Assembly (NCBI GenBank): GCA_945882915.1
Contig: CAMCWV010000006.1
Location: 5,076-69,075, forward strand
Length of the DNA stretch: 64,000 nucleotides
Source of the DNA: Waddlia chondrophila WSU 86-1044
GTDB lineage: Bacteria > Chlamydiota > Chlamydiia > Chlamydiales > CAMCWV01
Reading direction: 5' to 3'
A program made the translations under genes and the position numbers. Below, one piece after another: positions 1 through 8,557 of the stretch (positions are counted from its first letter, which is position 1; each line of letters opens with the position of its first letter). The notes below the pieces were generated by a model, which was given only the letters and a program-made list of their open reading frames with translations, was not told the origin of the DNA and did not search any database.

Positions 1-368
1 TCCCATTCTTGAATAACATGCTTGCCAAAGTTCTGCATAACAAGAGCCTCAGGAGCCTTCCCTTTACGATAGCCAGGAAGAGAAATCTCTTTGCTAACCT
101 TCTTGACAGCCTCACGGCGAGTCTCGGCAGTTGCTGCTGGCTCTGCTTTTACGATCAACTTAATGCTGCAACCTGGGCTTTCGATCATTGTAACATGAAT
201 GGCGCCTTTGGTGAACTCGCTTGTTTGAGGCTCTTGAGTCTTTAGAGCGTGATCTTCTGCAGAAACGTGTGCGTGGACAGCTTCGTGCGAGCCGTGAGAA
301 CAGGAGTCATGAGAGCAGGCTTCATGATCTGCTTGGGATGTCTTTTCTTGGGTTTTTTGTTCGACCAC
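1..368 (-). CDS. tig: trigger factor, N-terminal part (gene continues past the left window edge)
   Basis: Reverse-strand translation reads ...KGAIHVTMIESPGCSIKLIVKAEPAATAETRREAVKKVSKEISLPGYRKGKAPEALVMQNFGKHVIQEW. This is the trigger-factor N-terminal domain with its G(F/Y)RKGKAP signature. The only in-frame start upstream is GTG 366-368, with AAGGAG 8 nt upstream and an in-frame TAA just before it. It is absent from the ORF track because it runs off the edge. Confidence 0.8.
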   Translation of the reverse strand, partial: MVEQKTQEKTSQADHEACSHDSCSHGSHEAVHAHVSAEDHALKTQEPQTSEFTKGAIHVTMIESPGCSIKLIVKAEPAATAETRREAVKKVSKEISLPGYRKGKAPEALVMQNFGKHVIQEW

Positions 369-405
369 TGCCAGGGCTCCTTAAATAAGTATCAAGACTT
401 TTTTA

Positions 406-504
406 TATACTCTTCGTAGCTGGAAACGGGAATTTGGACTAGCCCGAAAGCCCCGGGAGCTTTCGGGCTAGTCCAAATTCCCGTTTCCAGCTACGAAAAG
501 TATA
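406..504. repeat. family-A palindromic MITE-like element (~100-bp form)
   Basis: TATACTCTTCGTAGCTGGAAACGGGAATTTGGACTAGCCCGAAAGC pairs with GCTTTCGGGCTAGTCCAAATTCCCGTTTCCAGCTACGAAAAGTATA. The termini are shared with more than 20 other copies in the window. Confidence 0.9.
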
Positions 505-507
505 TTT

Positions 508-579
508 AGCGGGTAACGAGGCTCGAACTCGTGACCCTCACGTTGGCAACGTGATGCTCTACCACTGAGCTACACCCGC
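508..579 (-). tRNA. tRNA-Gly (anticodon GCC)
   Basis: The reverse complement GCGGGTGTAGCTCAGTGGTAGAGCATCACGTTGCCAACGTGAGGGTCACGAGTTCGAGCCTCGTTACCCGCT folds as a cloverleaf. It has a 7-bp acceptor stem, a GCTC/GAGC D-stem, anticodon loop TTGCCAA, and T-arm ACGAG-TTCGAGC-CTCGT. No CCA is encoded. Confidence 0.93.
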
Positions 580-635
580 ATATGAGTAAAGTAGAAGTGA
601 AAAGCTCACCTCACCTTGAGATTGAAATGTTTAAT

Positions 636-707
636 AGCGGGTAACGAGGCTCGAACTCGTGACCCTCACGTTGGCAACGTGATGCTCTACCACTGAGCTA
701 CACCCGC
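636..707 (-). tRNA. tRNA-Gly (anticodon GCC), identical second copy
   Basis: All 72 nt are identical to 508-579, and the two copies are separated by a 56-bp spacer. Confidence 0.93.
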
Positions 708-801
708 ATATTTATTGTCTTATTTATTGTCTTACTGTCTGCTTTGTTGCTTTCTACCTTAAAAACCAGTCTTCCCAGTACCTCTTCCAGGTAGCGGCTA
801 T

Positions 802-873
802 AGCGGGTGGAGAGTATCGAACTCACGACATTCACCTTGGGAAGGTGACGCTCTACCACTGAGCTACACCCGC
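802..873 (-). tRNA. tRNA-Gly (anticodon UCC)
   Basis: The reverse complement is GCGGGTGTAGCTCAGTGGTAGAGCGTCACCTTCCCAAGGTGAATGTCGTGAGTTCGATACTCTCCACCCGCT. It has anticodon loop TTCCCAA and T-loop TTCGATA, with one U-U mismatch in the T-stem. Confidence 0.85.
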
Positions 874-880
874 ATGAAGG

Positions 881-1127
881 TATAAAAACAAGCGTTCGCC
901 CTCTCCAGAAGGTAACCAGCCAGAAGGTAACCAGCCAGAAGGTAACCAGCCAGAAGGTAACCAGACCGTCCCGGTCTGGTGGCTAACCTAGGTCTAAACT
1001 ACCACCAAGCAAACGTTTGTTGTAGGCTTGGGTCGGAAATCCCAGACCGGGACGGTCTGGTTACCTTCTGGAGAGGGCAAGCGCTTGTTTAGGATAACTT
1101 TTCCCATTCTCAGCTAAGAGGAGTATA
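881..1127. repeat. composite repeat: family-A variant arm(s) with a nested family-B double hairpin
   Basis: The right end ...GGTTACCTTCTGGAGAGGGCAAGCGCTTGTTTAGGATAACTTTTCCCATTCTCAGCTAAGAGGAGTATA is a full A-variant arm, the same module as at 13778 and 26635. The left arm is truncated (TATAAAAACAAGCGTTCGCCCTCTCCAGAAGG). The core at 905-1071 is family B. Confidence 0.8.
905..964. repeat. 4 x 15-bp perfect tandem repeat (CCAGAAGGTAACCAG)
   Basis: Four identical units sit on the left arm of the family-B copy. The opposite arm (1057-1071) carries a single inverted unit, CTGGTTACCTTCTGG. Confidence 0.95.
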
Positions 1128-1484
1128 AACAATATAAGGAGCTGATTATTTTTTCTGCAAGCAAACAAATCAAAAATGGCAAAGAATAACCAGGCTGCGC
1201 CTTGTCCACGGACAAAATGGACAGGCGGGGAAGCCCGTCTAAATGTACGCAAAGTGGACAAAAGCAGCATCTGAAAAAAAATAATTAATACGCAGTGTTG
1301 AATCCGCCCATGCACCTGTCCACTCGCGTCCATTGGCTGGGCAAAGCTTGTTTGGGGCCAAGCCTTCTCCCCCCTACTTTTTTTTTCATTGCGTTACTAC
1401 CGATGAATCAGTAAAATAATGTGATCATTCTTCGCGCGAAAACACCTTACGAAAATACCTTACAAGGGCGCTTAAGCATAGACT

Positions 1485-4400
1485 ATGTTGAACTTCCGCA
1501 AGCTCAGACAAGACTTCCCTCCCGTGATCCTAAAAAAGGGCAAAGAGATCTATGACAAGAAATCAGGTATCACTGCCAAGCTTTTACAACTAGATACGCA
1601 CAGCCTAAAAGTGCACAGCCGGATCCAGGGCAAATTCAACAACCATTATGAATGTGAACTGGAAATCAACCGCGAAGAATCAACAGCCACCGATTCTAAC
1701 TGCGACTGCCCCTATAATTACGACTGCCAACACTTAGCTGCCCTCGTCTACTTCCTTGAAGAACATTTAGACGAAATCGTTGTTCAATTTGCCAAAGAAG
1801 GTCCTGTAGAAACAGTTGCGAAGCTAGATGAAGAAGAAAAAAAACAGCTAAAAGAGACCTTCCAGATTGCGGCGACAAAAGAAGTTGTCCGGCAAGACAA
1901 AAAACATCAAAAAGAACTACTCCACGAATACCGCACAGCTTCTGCACTTCTTAGCGACTGCCCTTTCTTCTTGCCAGAAGAGCCCGTCACAGAAGATAAA
2001 GCCGAACTTGCTGTTATTTTCTCTCAAGGACTCAGCCCACTTACCGGCAATCATGCCTCGGTTATCGAAATCCAAATTGCCCTTCGCCTTCCTTTCAGAT
2101 CAAAGCCCCTACACATCCCTCAGCTACGTGAGTTTTTAGACGCGATTCGCAATCAAGAAGCTGTCGTAATCAATGGCAAACGCTATTACTTCACCTCAAA
2201 ATCTTTTGATGACGACAGTCAAGAGATCCTCAGTATGATGATAAACCACACCCGCTTCCCAGAGGCACAAACTGGAGAGCGCTCTTTGCGCACAGGACTT
2301 GTCGAGGGGGAAGCATTCGGCGCACTACTAGCGCACGCTCACGAGCTTGGGGGCAAGCAACCTAAAGGAGCCGCTGCAAGCGAAGGGACTGGCAGAACCC
2401 TAACCATTCCTTGCCTCTACAAAGACACACTCGAAAACCCTTTGTGCTTTTCCCCTTCAAACACATCCTTGCGGTTTACTTTAGAATACACCGAAAAGCC
2501 GACTGCAAAGATCTTTCTAAAGCCGATGATCATCCTTAACCAAGAAAGTATCCGCCCAGAAAAAAGCATCCTCTTCGAATGCCACAAGCCTGGCCTTATT
2601 TTTGAGAACACGTATTACAGGTTTCAGCCCCAAATTAAGCGGACCCACCTGCGTTACCTATCTAGCATTGGCAATATGACCATTCCAGAGCCTTTATTTG
2701 GGACATTTGTAGAGAACGCCTTGCCCGAATTGCAGCGCTTTGCAGAAGTCTCAAACAAAGAGCTCATCCAGCGCTTTGTCACCCTTCCTTATGTCGAAGA
2801 TGTCAAAGCAAGATGCAAGGTCAACTATCTTAACGGAGAGCTCGAAGCCTCTCTTTACTTCCGCTATAAAGATGCAGAAATTCCTGCTTCAGAGACAGAG
2901 CTCGACTATCATCATATCTCGACATTTGTCACAGACATGGGAATTCTCGCCAGAGACCTCGCAGAAGAACGAGAAATGCTCGACAACCTATTTCAGGACT
3001 TCGTTCTTGAACCAAAGACAGGCGCCTTTACTGCTAAAACAGAGAAAAAGATTGTCGAGTTCATGACAGAGGTTATCCCTCGCTTTCAAAACAGGGTCTC
3101 CTTTGAGTGCCCAGATAACCTTCTGGATCAGTTTCTCTATGACGAGACCCATTTTAAGCTCACCCTAAAAGAGTCCCCAACAATAGAAACCTACCAAGTA
3201 GATCTAGAAGTTCAGGGCAACCTTCAAGGAATCACGCTCGATCTTTTGTGGGAATGCATTGCTACCAAAAAGGCCTTTATCGAGCTCGATGCAAACGTTC
3301 AAAAAGCCAAAAGCGAGTCGAAAAGCGAATCTAAGCTTGGAGCTACAAAGAGCAAATCGACAACAAAACATCATAGAATTCTAGTGCTTGATCTCGAAAA
3401 ACTCGCGCCAGTCGTACAAATCTTTGATGAAATTGGGATCCAGAAACTCGATAATCATCAAGAACTGCGTCCGCTCTGGAGTCTTGCAAGCATTAATGCA
3501 GCACAATTTGAAGGGCTCCCAATTGCCTTTAAAATCTCAGACAAGCTTCTTGAAGTGCAACAGCAGATGCTTGGCCTTCGAGAAATCACTCCAAGTCCCA
3601 TTCCTGCCTGTATTAAAGCAGACCTGCGCAATTACCAAACAACAGGGATCCATTGGATCGAGAGGCTGCGTCTAATGCACCTCAACGGCATCCTTGCCGA
3701 TGACATGGGTCTTGGAAAGACCCTACAAGCTATTGTGGCGATCACACAGTACTGTGCAAGCAAATCGCCACTACCCAATATGATCGTTTGCCCCACCTCT
3801 CTTCTATACAACTGGCAAGCCGAATTTATTAAGTTCAATAAGAACCTAAAAGTCTTGGTTATCGATGGTGTCCCCAACGCAAGAAAGAAGCTCTTCAAAG
3901 AGATCCCTAATTACGACGTTATTGTTACCTCCTACAGCCTTCTACAAAAAGACATCGAAAGCTATGGGGAAACAAACTTTGGATACGCTGTGCTAGATGA
4001 AGCGCAACACATCAAAAACAGAGGAACGCTAAACGCCAAATCTGTCCGCCTCCTCCGCTCAAAACACAGGCTTATTCTGACAGGTACGCCGATCGAAAAC
4101 TCTCTAGAAGAGCTCTGGAGCCTTTTTGACTTCCTTATGCCCGGGCTACTTAGCTCCTACGATCGCTTCGTAGAAAAGTACATCCGCAACACTGGCCTTA
4201 ACCACGAGAAAAACCTCAATGGTCTAAGACAAAAGATTTCTCCTTTTATTCTCCGTCGCATGAAAAAAGATGTCTTAAGCGATCTGCCGCCCGTTTCAGA
4301 AATCGTCTACCACTGCCCACTCTCCCCTCTGCAACAGCAGCTATACAAATCGTACGCTAAGTCAGCCAGGGAAGAGCTTTCTAAACTTGTTCAGAAGGAA

Positions 4401-5015
4401 GGGTTTGATAAGGTCCAGATCCACGTGCTGGCCACATTAACACGGCTCAAACAAATCTGCTGTCACCCTGCAATCTTTGCTAAAGAGGTTGCAGAAGAAA
4501 ATGATTCTGGCAAGTACGACCTTCTTGTTGAACTGTTACAATCATTAATTGCCGGAAAGCACAAAACAGTCATCTTTAGTCAGTACACCCGCATGTTACA
4601 CATCATGCGAGATGATCTTCAAAAAATGGGAATACGGTTCTCTTATTTAGACGGGACTAGTAAAAATCGTTTAGGTATTGTAAATGAATTTAACGAAGAT
4701 CCGGGAATTCCTGTCTTCTTAGTTTCTCTAAAAGCTGGAGGCTCTGGACTTAACCTCACAGGAGCTGATACTGTCATCCACTACGATATTTGGTGGAATC
4801 CTGCTGTAGAAAACCAAGCGACAGACAGAGTTCATCGTTTAGGACAACAGCAAGCGGTCTCCTCTTACAAGCTGATTACTGTAGGAACCATAGAAGAAAA
4901 GATCGTCGAGCTCCAAAACCGAAAACGTGGACTGGTAACAAAAGTGATTAGCAGTGATGATGAAGCACTCGCAAAGTTAACGTGGGAAGAAGTGCTTGGG
5001 CTGCTACAAACCTAA
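1485..5015 (+). CDS. SWIM zinc-finger / SNF2-family (SWI2/SNF2) helicase
   Basis: 1176 aa. There is an N-terminal SWIM motif (CDCPYNYDCQHLAALVYFL). Helicase motifs are DDMGLGKT, DEAQHIKN, TGTPIEN and QATDRVHRLGQ. It lies between tig and mreB, as in Chlamydia. Confidence 0.9.
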   Translation: MLNFRKLRQDFPPVILKKGKEIYDKKSGITAKLLQLDTHSLKVHSRIQGKFNNHYECELEINREESTATDSNCDCPYNYDCQHLAALVYFLEEHLDEIVVQFAKEGPVETVAKLDEEEKKQLKETFQIAATKEVVRQDKKHQKELLHEYRTASALLSDCPFFLPEEPVTEDKAELAVIFSQGLSPLTGNHASVIEIQIALRLPFRSKPLHIPQLREFLDAIRNQEAVVINGKRYYFTSKSFDDDSQEILSMMINHTRFPEAQTGERSLRTGLVEGEAFGALLAHAHELGGKQPKGAAASEGTGRTLTIPCLYKDTLENPLCFSPSNTSLRFTLEYTEKPTAKIFLKPMIILNQESIRPEKSILFECHKPGLIFENTYYRFQPQIKRTHLRYLSSIGNMTIPEPLFGTFVENALPELQRFAEVSNKELIQRFVTLPYVEDVKARCKVNYLNGELEASLYFRYKDAEIPASETELDYHHISTFVTDMGILARDLAEEREMLDNLFQDFVLEPKTGAFTAKTEKKIVEFMTEVIPRFQNRVSFECPDNLLDQFLYDETHFKLTLKESPTIETYQVDLEVQGNLQGITLDLLWECIATKKAFIELDANVQKAKSESKSESKLGATKSKSTTKHHRILVLDLEKLAPVVQIFDEIGIQKLDNHQELRPLWSLASINAAQFEGLPIAFKISDKLLEVQQQMLGLREITPSPIPACIKADLRNYQTTGIHWIERLRLMHLNGILADDMGLGKTLQAIVAITQYCASKSPLPNMIVCPTSLLYNWQAEFIKFNKNLKVLVIDGVPNARKKLFKEIPNYDVIVTSYSLLQKDIESYGETNFGYAVLDEAQHIKNRGTLNAKSVRLLRSKHRLILTGTPIENSLEELWSLFDFLMPGLLSSYDRFVEKYIRNTGLNHEKNLNGLRQKISPFILRRMKKDVLSDLPPVSEIVYHCPLSPLQQQLYKSYAKSAREELSKLVQKEGFDKVQIHVLATLTRLKQICCHPAIFAKEVAEENDSGKYDLLVELLQSLIAGKHKTVIFSQYTRMLHIMRDDLQKMGIRFSYLDGTSKNRLGIVNEFNEDPGIPVFLVSLKAGGSGLNLTGADTVIHYDIWWNPAVENQATDRVHRLGQQQAVSSYKLITVGTIEEKIVELQNRKRGLVTKVISSDDEALAKLTWEEVLGLLQT

Positions 5016-5107
5016 AGCTGTAGCCTGCTACTTTCAATACTTTTAAAGCAAAGAAGCAAAGAATCTAAAAAAAAACCATTTTGAATATATTGCTCAAGAT
5101 TTTCTTT

Positions 5108-5130
5108 TAGATTCAGCTAAGAGGAGTATA
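5108..5130. repeat. solo family-A terminus
   Basis: AGATTCAGCTAAGAGGAGTATA matches the right terminus only. Confidence 0.6.
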
Positions 5131-5273
5131 GAATCCACCTAAGAGCGCATTATTGGATAGTCCACTAAAAACAATCAGAAAGCCTTTTTTTTGCATCTTT
5201 CGCGTCTTTGCGTTGAAAATTTTCGAGTCTGCCTGCCCCCAAATAGCCCTCACTCCAACAAGTTAAGGATTAA

Positions 5274-6377
5274 ATGAATACCCCCTCCAACCCCTCCGGT
5301 CTAAAGTCTTTCTTTAACAAGTTTAAAGTCCCAGGGTTCAACAACTGGAAAAACTTTGCCGGGATCTTCTCTAATGATATCGGCATCGACCTCGGCACAG
5401 CAAACACTCTTGTGTTTGTCCGCGGCAAAGGGATTGTCCTCACAGAACCTTCAGTAGTGGCAGTAGATTCCCGCACTAATGAAGTGCTCGCCGTTGGGCA
5501 CAAGGCAAAGGCTATGCTTGGTAAAACACCAAGAAAGATCCATGCCGTCCGTCCAATGAAAGATGGTGTTATTGCTGACTTTGAAATTGCCGAAGGGATG
5601 CTTAAAGCTTTAATCAAAAGAGTCACCCCTACTCGCAGCCTATTCCGTCCAAAAATCCTCATTGCCGTTCCTTCAGGGATCACTGGCGTAGAAAAGCGTG
5701 CTGTAGAAGACTCTGCTCTGCACGCTGGTGCGCAGGAAGTGATCCTTATCGAAGAGCCTATGGCAGCTGCAATTGGCGTTGACCTTCCTGTGCATGAACC
5801 TGCTGCTAGCATGATCATTGACATTGGCGGTGGAACTTCTGAAATTGCAATCATCTCTTTAGGCGGTATCGTTGAGTCTCGCTCTCTACGCATTGCTGGA
5901 GACGAATTTGACGAATGCATCATCAACTACATGAGACGTACCTACAACCTCATGATCGGCCCCCGTACAGCAGAAGAGATCAAAATCGCTGTAGGCTCGG
6001 CCTATCCGATGGAAGATAATGAACTTGAAATGGAAGTGCGTGGACGCGATCAGGTAGCGGGGCTTCCTCTTACCAAACGGATCAACTCTGTAGAAATCAG
6101 AGAGTGCCTTGCAGAACCTATTCAGCAGATCATTGAAGCTGTAAAGCTCACCTTAGAAAAGTGCCCTCCAGAACTTGCAGCCGACCTTGTTGAGAGGGGA
6201 ATGGTTCTGGCTGGTGGTGGCGCTTTATTAAAAGGGCTCGACAGGGCACTTACAAAAGAAACAGGACTACCTGTTATTGTCGCCCCTAATCCTCTTTTGG
6301 CGGTTTGCTTAGGAACAGGCAAGTGTCTTGAGTACCTAGACAAGCTGAAGCGCCGCCGAACAATTGGTGACATCTAA
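5274..6377 (+). CDS. mreB: rod-shape/cell-division actin homologue MreB
   Basis: 367 aa with [11 protein letters not shown] and [10 protein letters not shown] phosphate-binding motifs and full-length MreB-like sequence. The large antisense ORF at 5270-5926 is spurious. Confidence 0.95.
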   Translation: MNTPSNPSGLKSFFNKFKVPGFNNWKNFAGIFSNDIGIDLGTANTLVFVRGKGIVLTEPSVVAVDSRTNEVLAVGHKAKAMLGKTPRKIHAVRPMKDGVIADFEIAEGMLKALIKRVTPTRSLFRPKILIAVPSGITGVEKRAVEDSALHAGAQEVILIEEPMAAAIGVDLPVHEPAASMIIDIGGGTSEIAIISLGGIVESRSLRIAGDEFDECIINYMRRTYNLMIGPRTAEEIKIAVGSAYPMEDNELEMEVRGRDQVAGLPLTKRINSVEIRECLAEPIQQIIEAVKLTLEKCPPELAADLVERGMVLAGGGALLKGLDRALTKETGLPVIVAPNPLLAVCLGTGKCLEYLDKLKRRRTIGDI

Positions 6378-6482
6378 AACTATTAAAGCGTGATGTAAAT
6401 AAGTTTATATCACCCTGTACTAGCTGTTTTTAGATTTTGTAATTGGCCCCTTCTGGGGTATTTCAAAAAAGGGGAGGCGACC

Positions 6483-8333
6483 ATGCTTAAGATGAATTCA
6501 CCTTCAGAACTCTGCCCAGTAAATAAAAAAGTCTCTCAGTGGATTCAACAAGCTGTTGATCTATGCCAGCCTAATACTGTTCATCTTTGCAATGGGTCAG
6601 AGCAAGAGTTTCACACCCTTGCAGAGCTCATGGTGCAGACTGGAACTGCGACTAAGTTAAACGAAAGCAAGCGCCCTAATAGCTACGCCTTCCGCTCTCA
6701 CCGGCTAGATGTTGCTAGAGTGGAATCTTCCACTTTCATTTGCTCTAAGTCAAAAGAAGATGCTGGCCCCACAAACAACTGGAGCGAGCCTCTTGAGATG
6801 GAACGCCACCTGCGAGAGCTGTTTACAGGGTGCATGAAGGGGCGTACGATGTATGTCATCCCTTTTTGCATGGGTCCGCTCCATTCCAAATTTTCAATTA
6901 TTGGCATTCAAGTCACCGACTCCCCTTATGTCGTCTGCAACATGTCAATCATGACACACATGGGGACGGCAACCCTCCAAGCACTAGGAGATGGCGACTT
7001 TATCCCTTGCATGCATTCGGTAGGGGTTCCTCTTGTTTCTGAAACAGGAGGGGCTATCTCTGATGTGCCTTGGCCATGCAATCCTGAGCAGCGAGTCATT
7101 GCCCACTTCCCGGAAACACGTGCCATCTGGTCGTATGGAAGCGGCTATGGCGGCAACGCTCTTTTAGGAAAGAAATGCCTTGCCCTTAGAATTGCCTCTG
7201 TTATGGCTAGAGACGATGGGTGGATGGCAGAGCACATGCTCATCCTAGGACTCACAAACCCTCAAGGGCAAAAAAAATACATCTGCGCGGCATTCCCTAG
7301 CTCGTGTGGGAAGACAAATCTTGCAATGCTCCGCTCTTCAATTCCTGGATGGAGAGTAGAATGTATTGGCGATGACATCGCTTGGCTAAGATTAGATGCT
7401 GACGGCATGTTACGTGCGGTTAATCCCGAATCGGGATTCTTTGGGGTAGCACATGGAACCTCGATGACATCGAATCCAAGCGCCATGAAAACTATTACAA
7501 AGAACACCCTCTTCACGAATTGTGCGCTCACAGACGAAGGTGATGTGTGGTGGGAAAGCATGACCGAAACACCTCCCAAACATCTTACCAGCTGGCTTGG
7601 TGAAGACTGGTCCGCTGAAAGTGGCAAACAAAACGGAAAAGTAGCCGCGCAGCCTAATGCCCGCTATACCGCTCGCCTATCGCAGTGCCCCGTTCTTGAC
7701 CCTGCTTGGAACGACCCTAAAGGGGTGCCCATCTCTGCCATCATCTTTGGAGGGCGTCGAGACTCTGTTGTCCCTTTAGTCTACCAGGCGAAGAGCTGGC
7801 AGCATGGGGTCTTTTTAGGGGCAGGGATCTCCTCTCAGACAACAGCCGCCGCATCTGGCGCTGTAGAAAAGCTACGTCACGACCCTTTTGCGATGCTCCC
7901 CTTCTGCGGTTATAACATGGGGGACTACTTCGCCCATTGGCTCTCGTTTGCTAAAAGAACAACTGCAGACAAACTACCAAAGATCTTTACCGTTAACTGG
8001 TTTAGAAAGAGTGCCTCTGGCAAGTGGCTTTGGCCAGGTTTTGGAGAGAACATCCGCGTTCTCAAGTGGATCTTTGAAAGATGTGATGGAGGTGGAGAGG
8101 CTAGCTCGACACCTATTGGTTATCTCCCCGCAGAAAACGCGATCGACCTCTCGGATCTTTCTGTAACACCTGCCACGTTAAAAGAGTTGCTTGTCGTTGA
8201 TAACGCCGCCTGGCTTAAAGAAGTTGCTGAGCTTAAAGAATACTTTGCTCAGTTCACCACCCACCTCCCCGAAGGGATCCAGCAAGAGCTAGCTGATCTC
8301 GAAAGCCGCCTAAGGTCTGAAATTTCAGATTAA
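6483..8333 (+). CDS. pckG: phosphoenolpyruvate carboxykinase (GTP)
   Basis: 616 aa. FPSSCGKTNLAML is the kinase-1a P-loop typical of GTP-PEPCK, and WMAEHMLILG is also present. GGGGAGG lies upstream of the ATG. Confidence 0.93.
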   Translation: MLKMNSPSELCPVNKKVSQWIQQAVDLCQPNTVHLCNGSEQEFHTLAELMVQTGTATKLNESKRPNSYAFRSHRLDVARVESSTFICSKSKEDAGPTNNWSEPLEMERHLRELFTGCMKGRTMYVIPFCMGPLHSKFSIIGIQVTDSPYVVCNMSIMTHMGTATLQALGDGDFIPCMHSVGVPLVSETGGAISDVPWPCNPEQRVIAHFPETRAIWSYGSGYGGNALLGKKCLALRIASVMARDDGWMAEHMLILGLTNPQGQKKYICAAFPSSCGKTNLAMLRSSIPGWRVECIGDDIAWLRLDADGMLRAVNPESGFFGVAHGTSMTSNPSAMKTITKNTLFTNCALTDEGDVWWESMTETPPKHLTSWLGEDWSAESGKQNGKVAAQPNARYTARLSQCPVLDPAWNDPKGVPISAIIFGGRRDSVVPLVYQAKSWQHGVFLGAGISSQTTAAASGAVEKLRHDPFAMLPFCGYNMGDYFAHWLSFAKRTTADKLPKIFTVNWFRKSASGKWLWPGFGENIRVLKWIFERCDGGGEASSTPIGYLPAENAIDLSDLSVTPATLKELLVVDNAAWLKEVAELKEYFAQFTTHLPEGIQQELADLESRLRSEISD

Positions 8334-8557
8334 TGCTAAAGAAGCGTTTGCTATTGGCTTAAGTCTGATGAGTCCAGCAGTTCCCACTAAATATTTTTCG
8401 CGAAGATCGAGCGTAATTTCGGGCATGGAGAAAGACGGTTTCATACCGTTCTTGCCACGAGGCGTGAGAGAACGTGAGAGTAAAACAAGAGAAAAGAGGT
8501 GTGATATTTAAAATGGATGTCCCAGACTCGACTTTAGGCTTTCTTTCAAAACAAATA

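Noticed and set aside
905-964. Possible CRISPR array, considering the tandem 15-mers and, more generally, the many recurring palindromic repeats.
   Set aside because: The 15-mers are contiguous, with no spacers. The other repeats are dispersed singly across the window, vary in size, and are long hairpins with inverted termini. No regularly spaced repeat-spacer structure and no cas genes are present.
1061-1333. ORF-track entries that lie in repeats: 1061-1333, 13521-13859, 20603-20788, 20646-20957, 33146-33391, 44063-44269, 50896-51111, 56792-56989 and 61879-62178. Many contain ..ENGN.. or ..KQALALSRR peptides.
   Set aside because: Their recurring peptides are simply translations of family A/B/C/E repeat DNA in arbitrary frames. 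They have no start context and their extents are inconsistent between copies. The exception is the last 18 codons of 20603-20788, which I interpret as the orphan 3' end of the interrupted BNR-like gene.
5270-5926. Long antisense or overlapping ORFs inside strongly supported genes, for example 5270-5926 opposite mreB, 11734-12156 opposite kinase 2, 37386-37808 and 37444-37812 within dnaJ, 41213-41644 opposite lon, and 7262-7627 opposite pckG.
   Set aside because: The partner strand encodes full-length proteins with unambiguous family motifs. The antisense ORFs have low-complexity or odd composition and no recognisable motifs.
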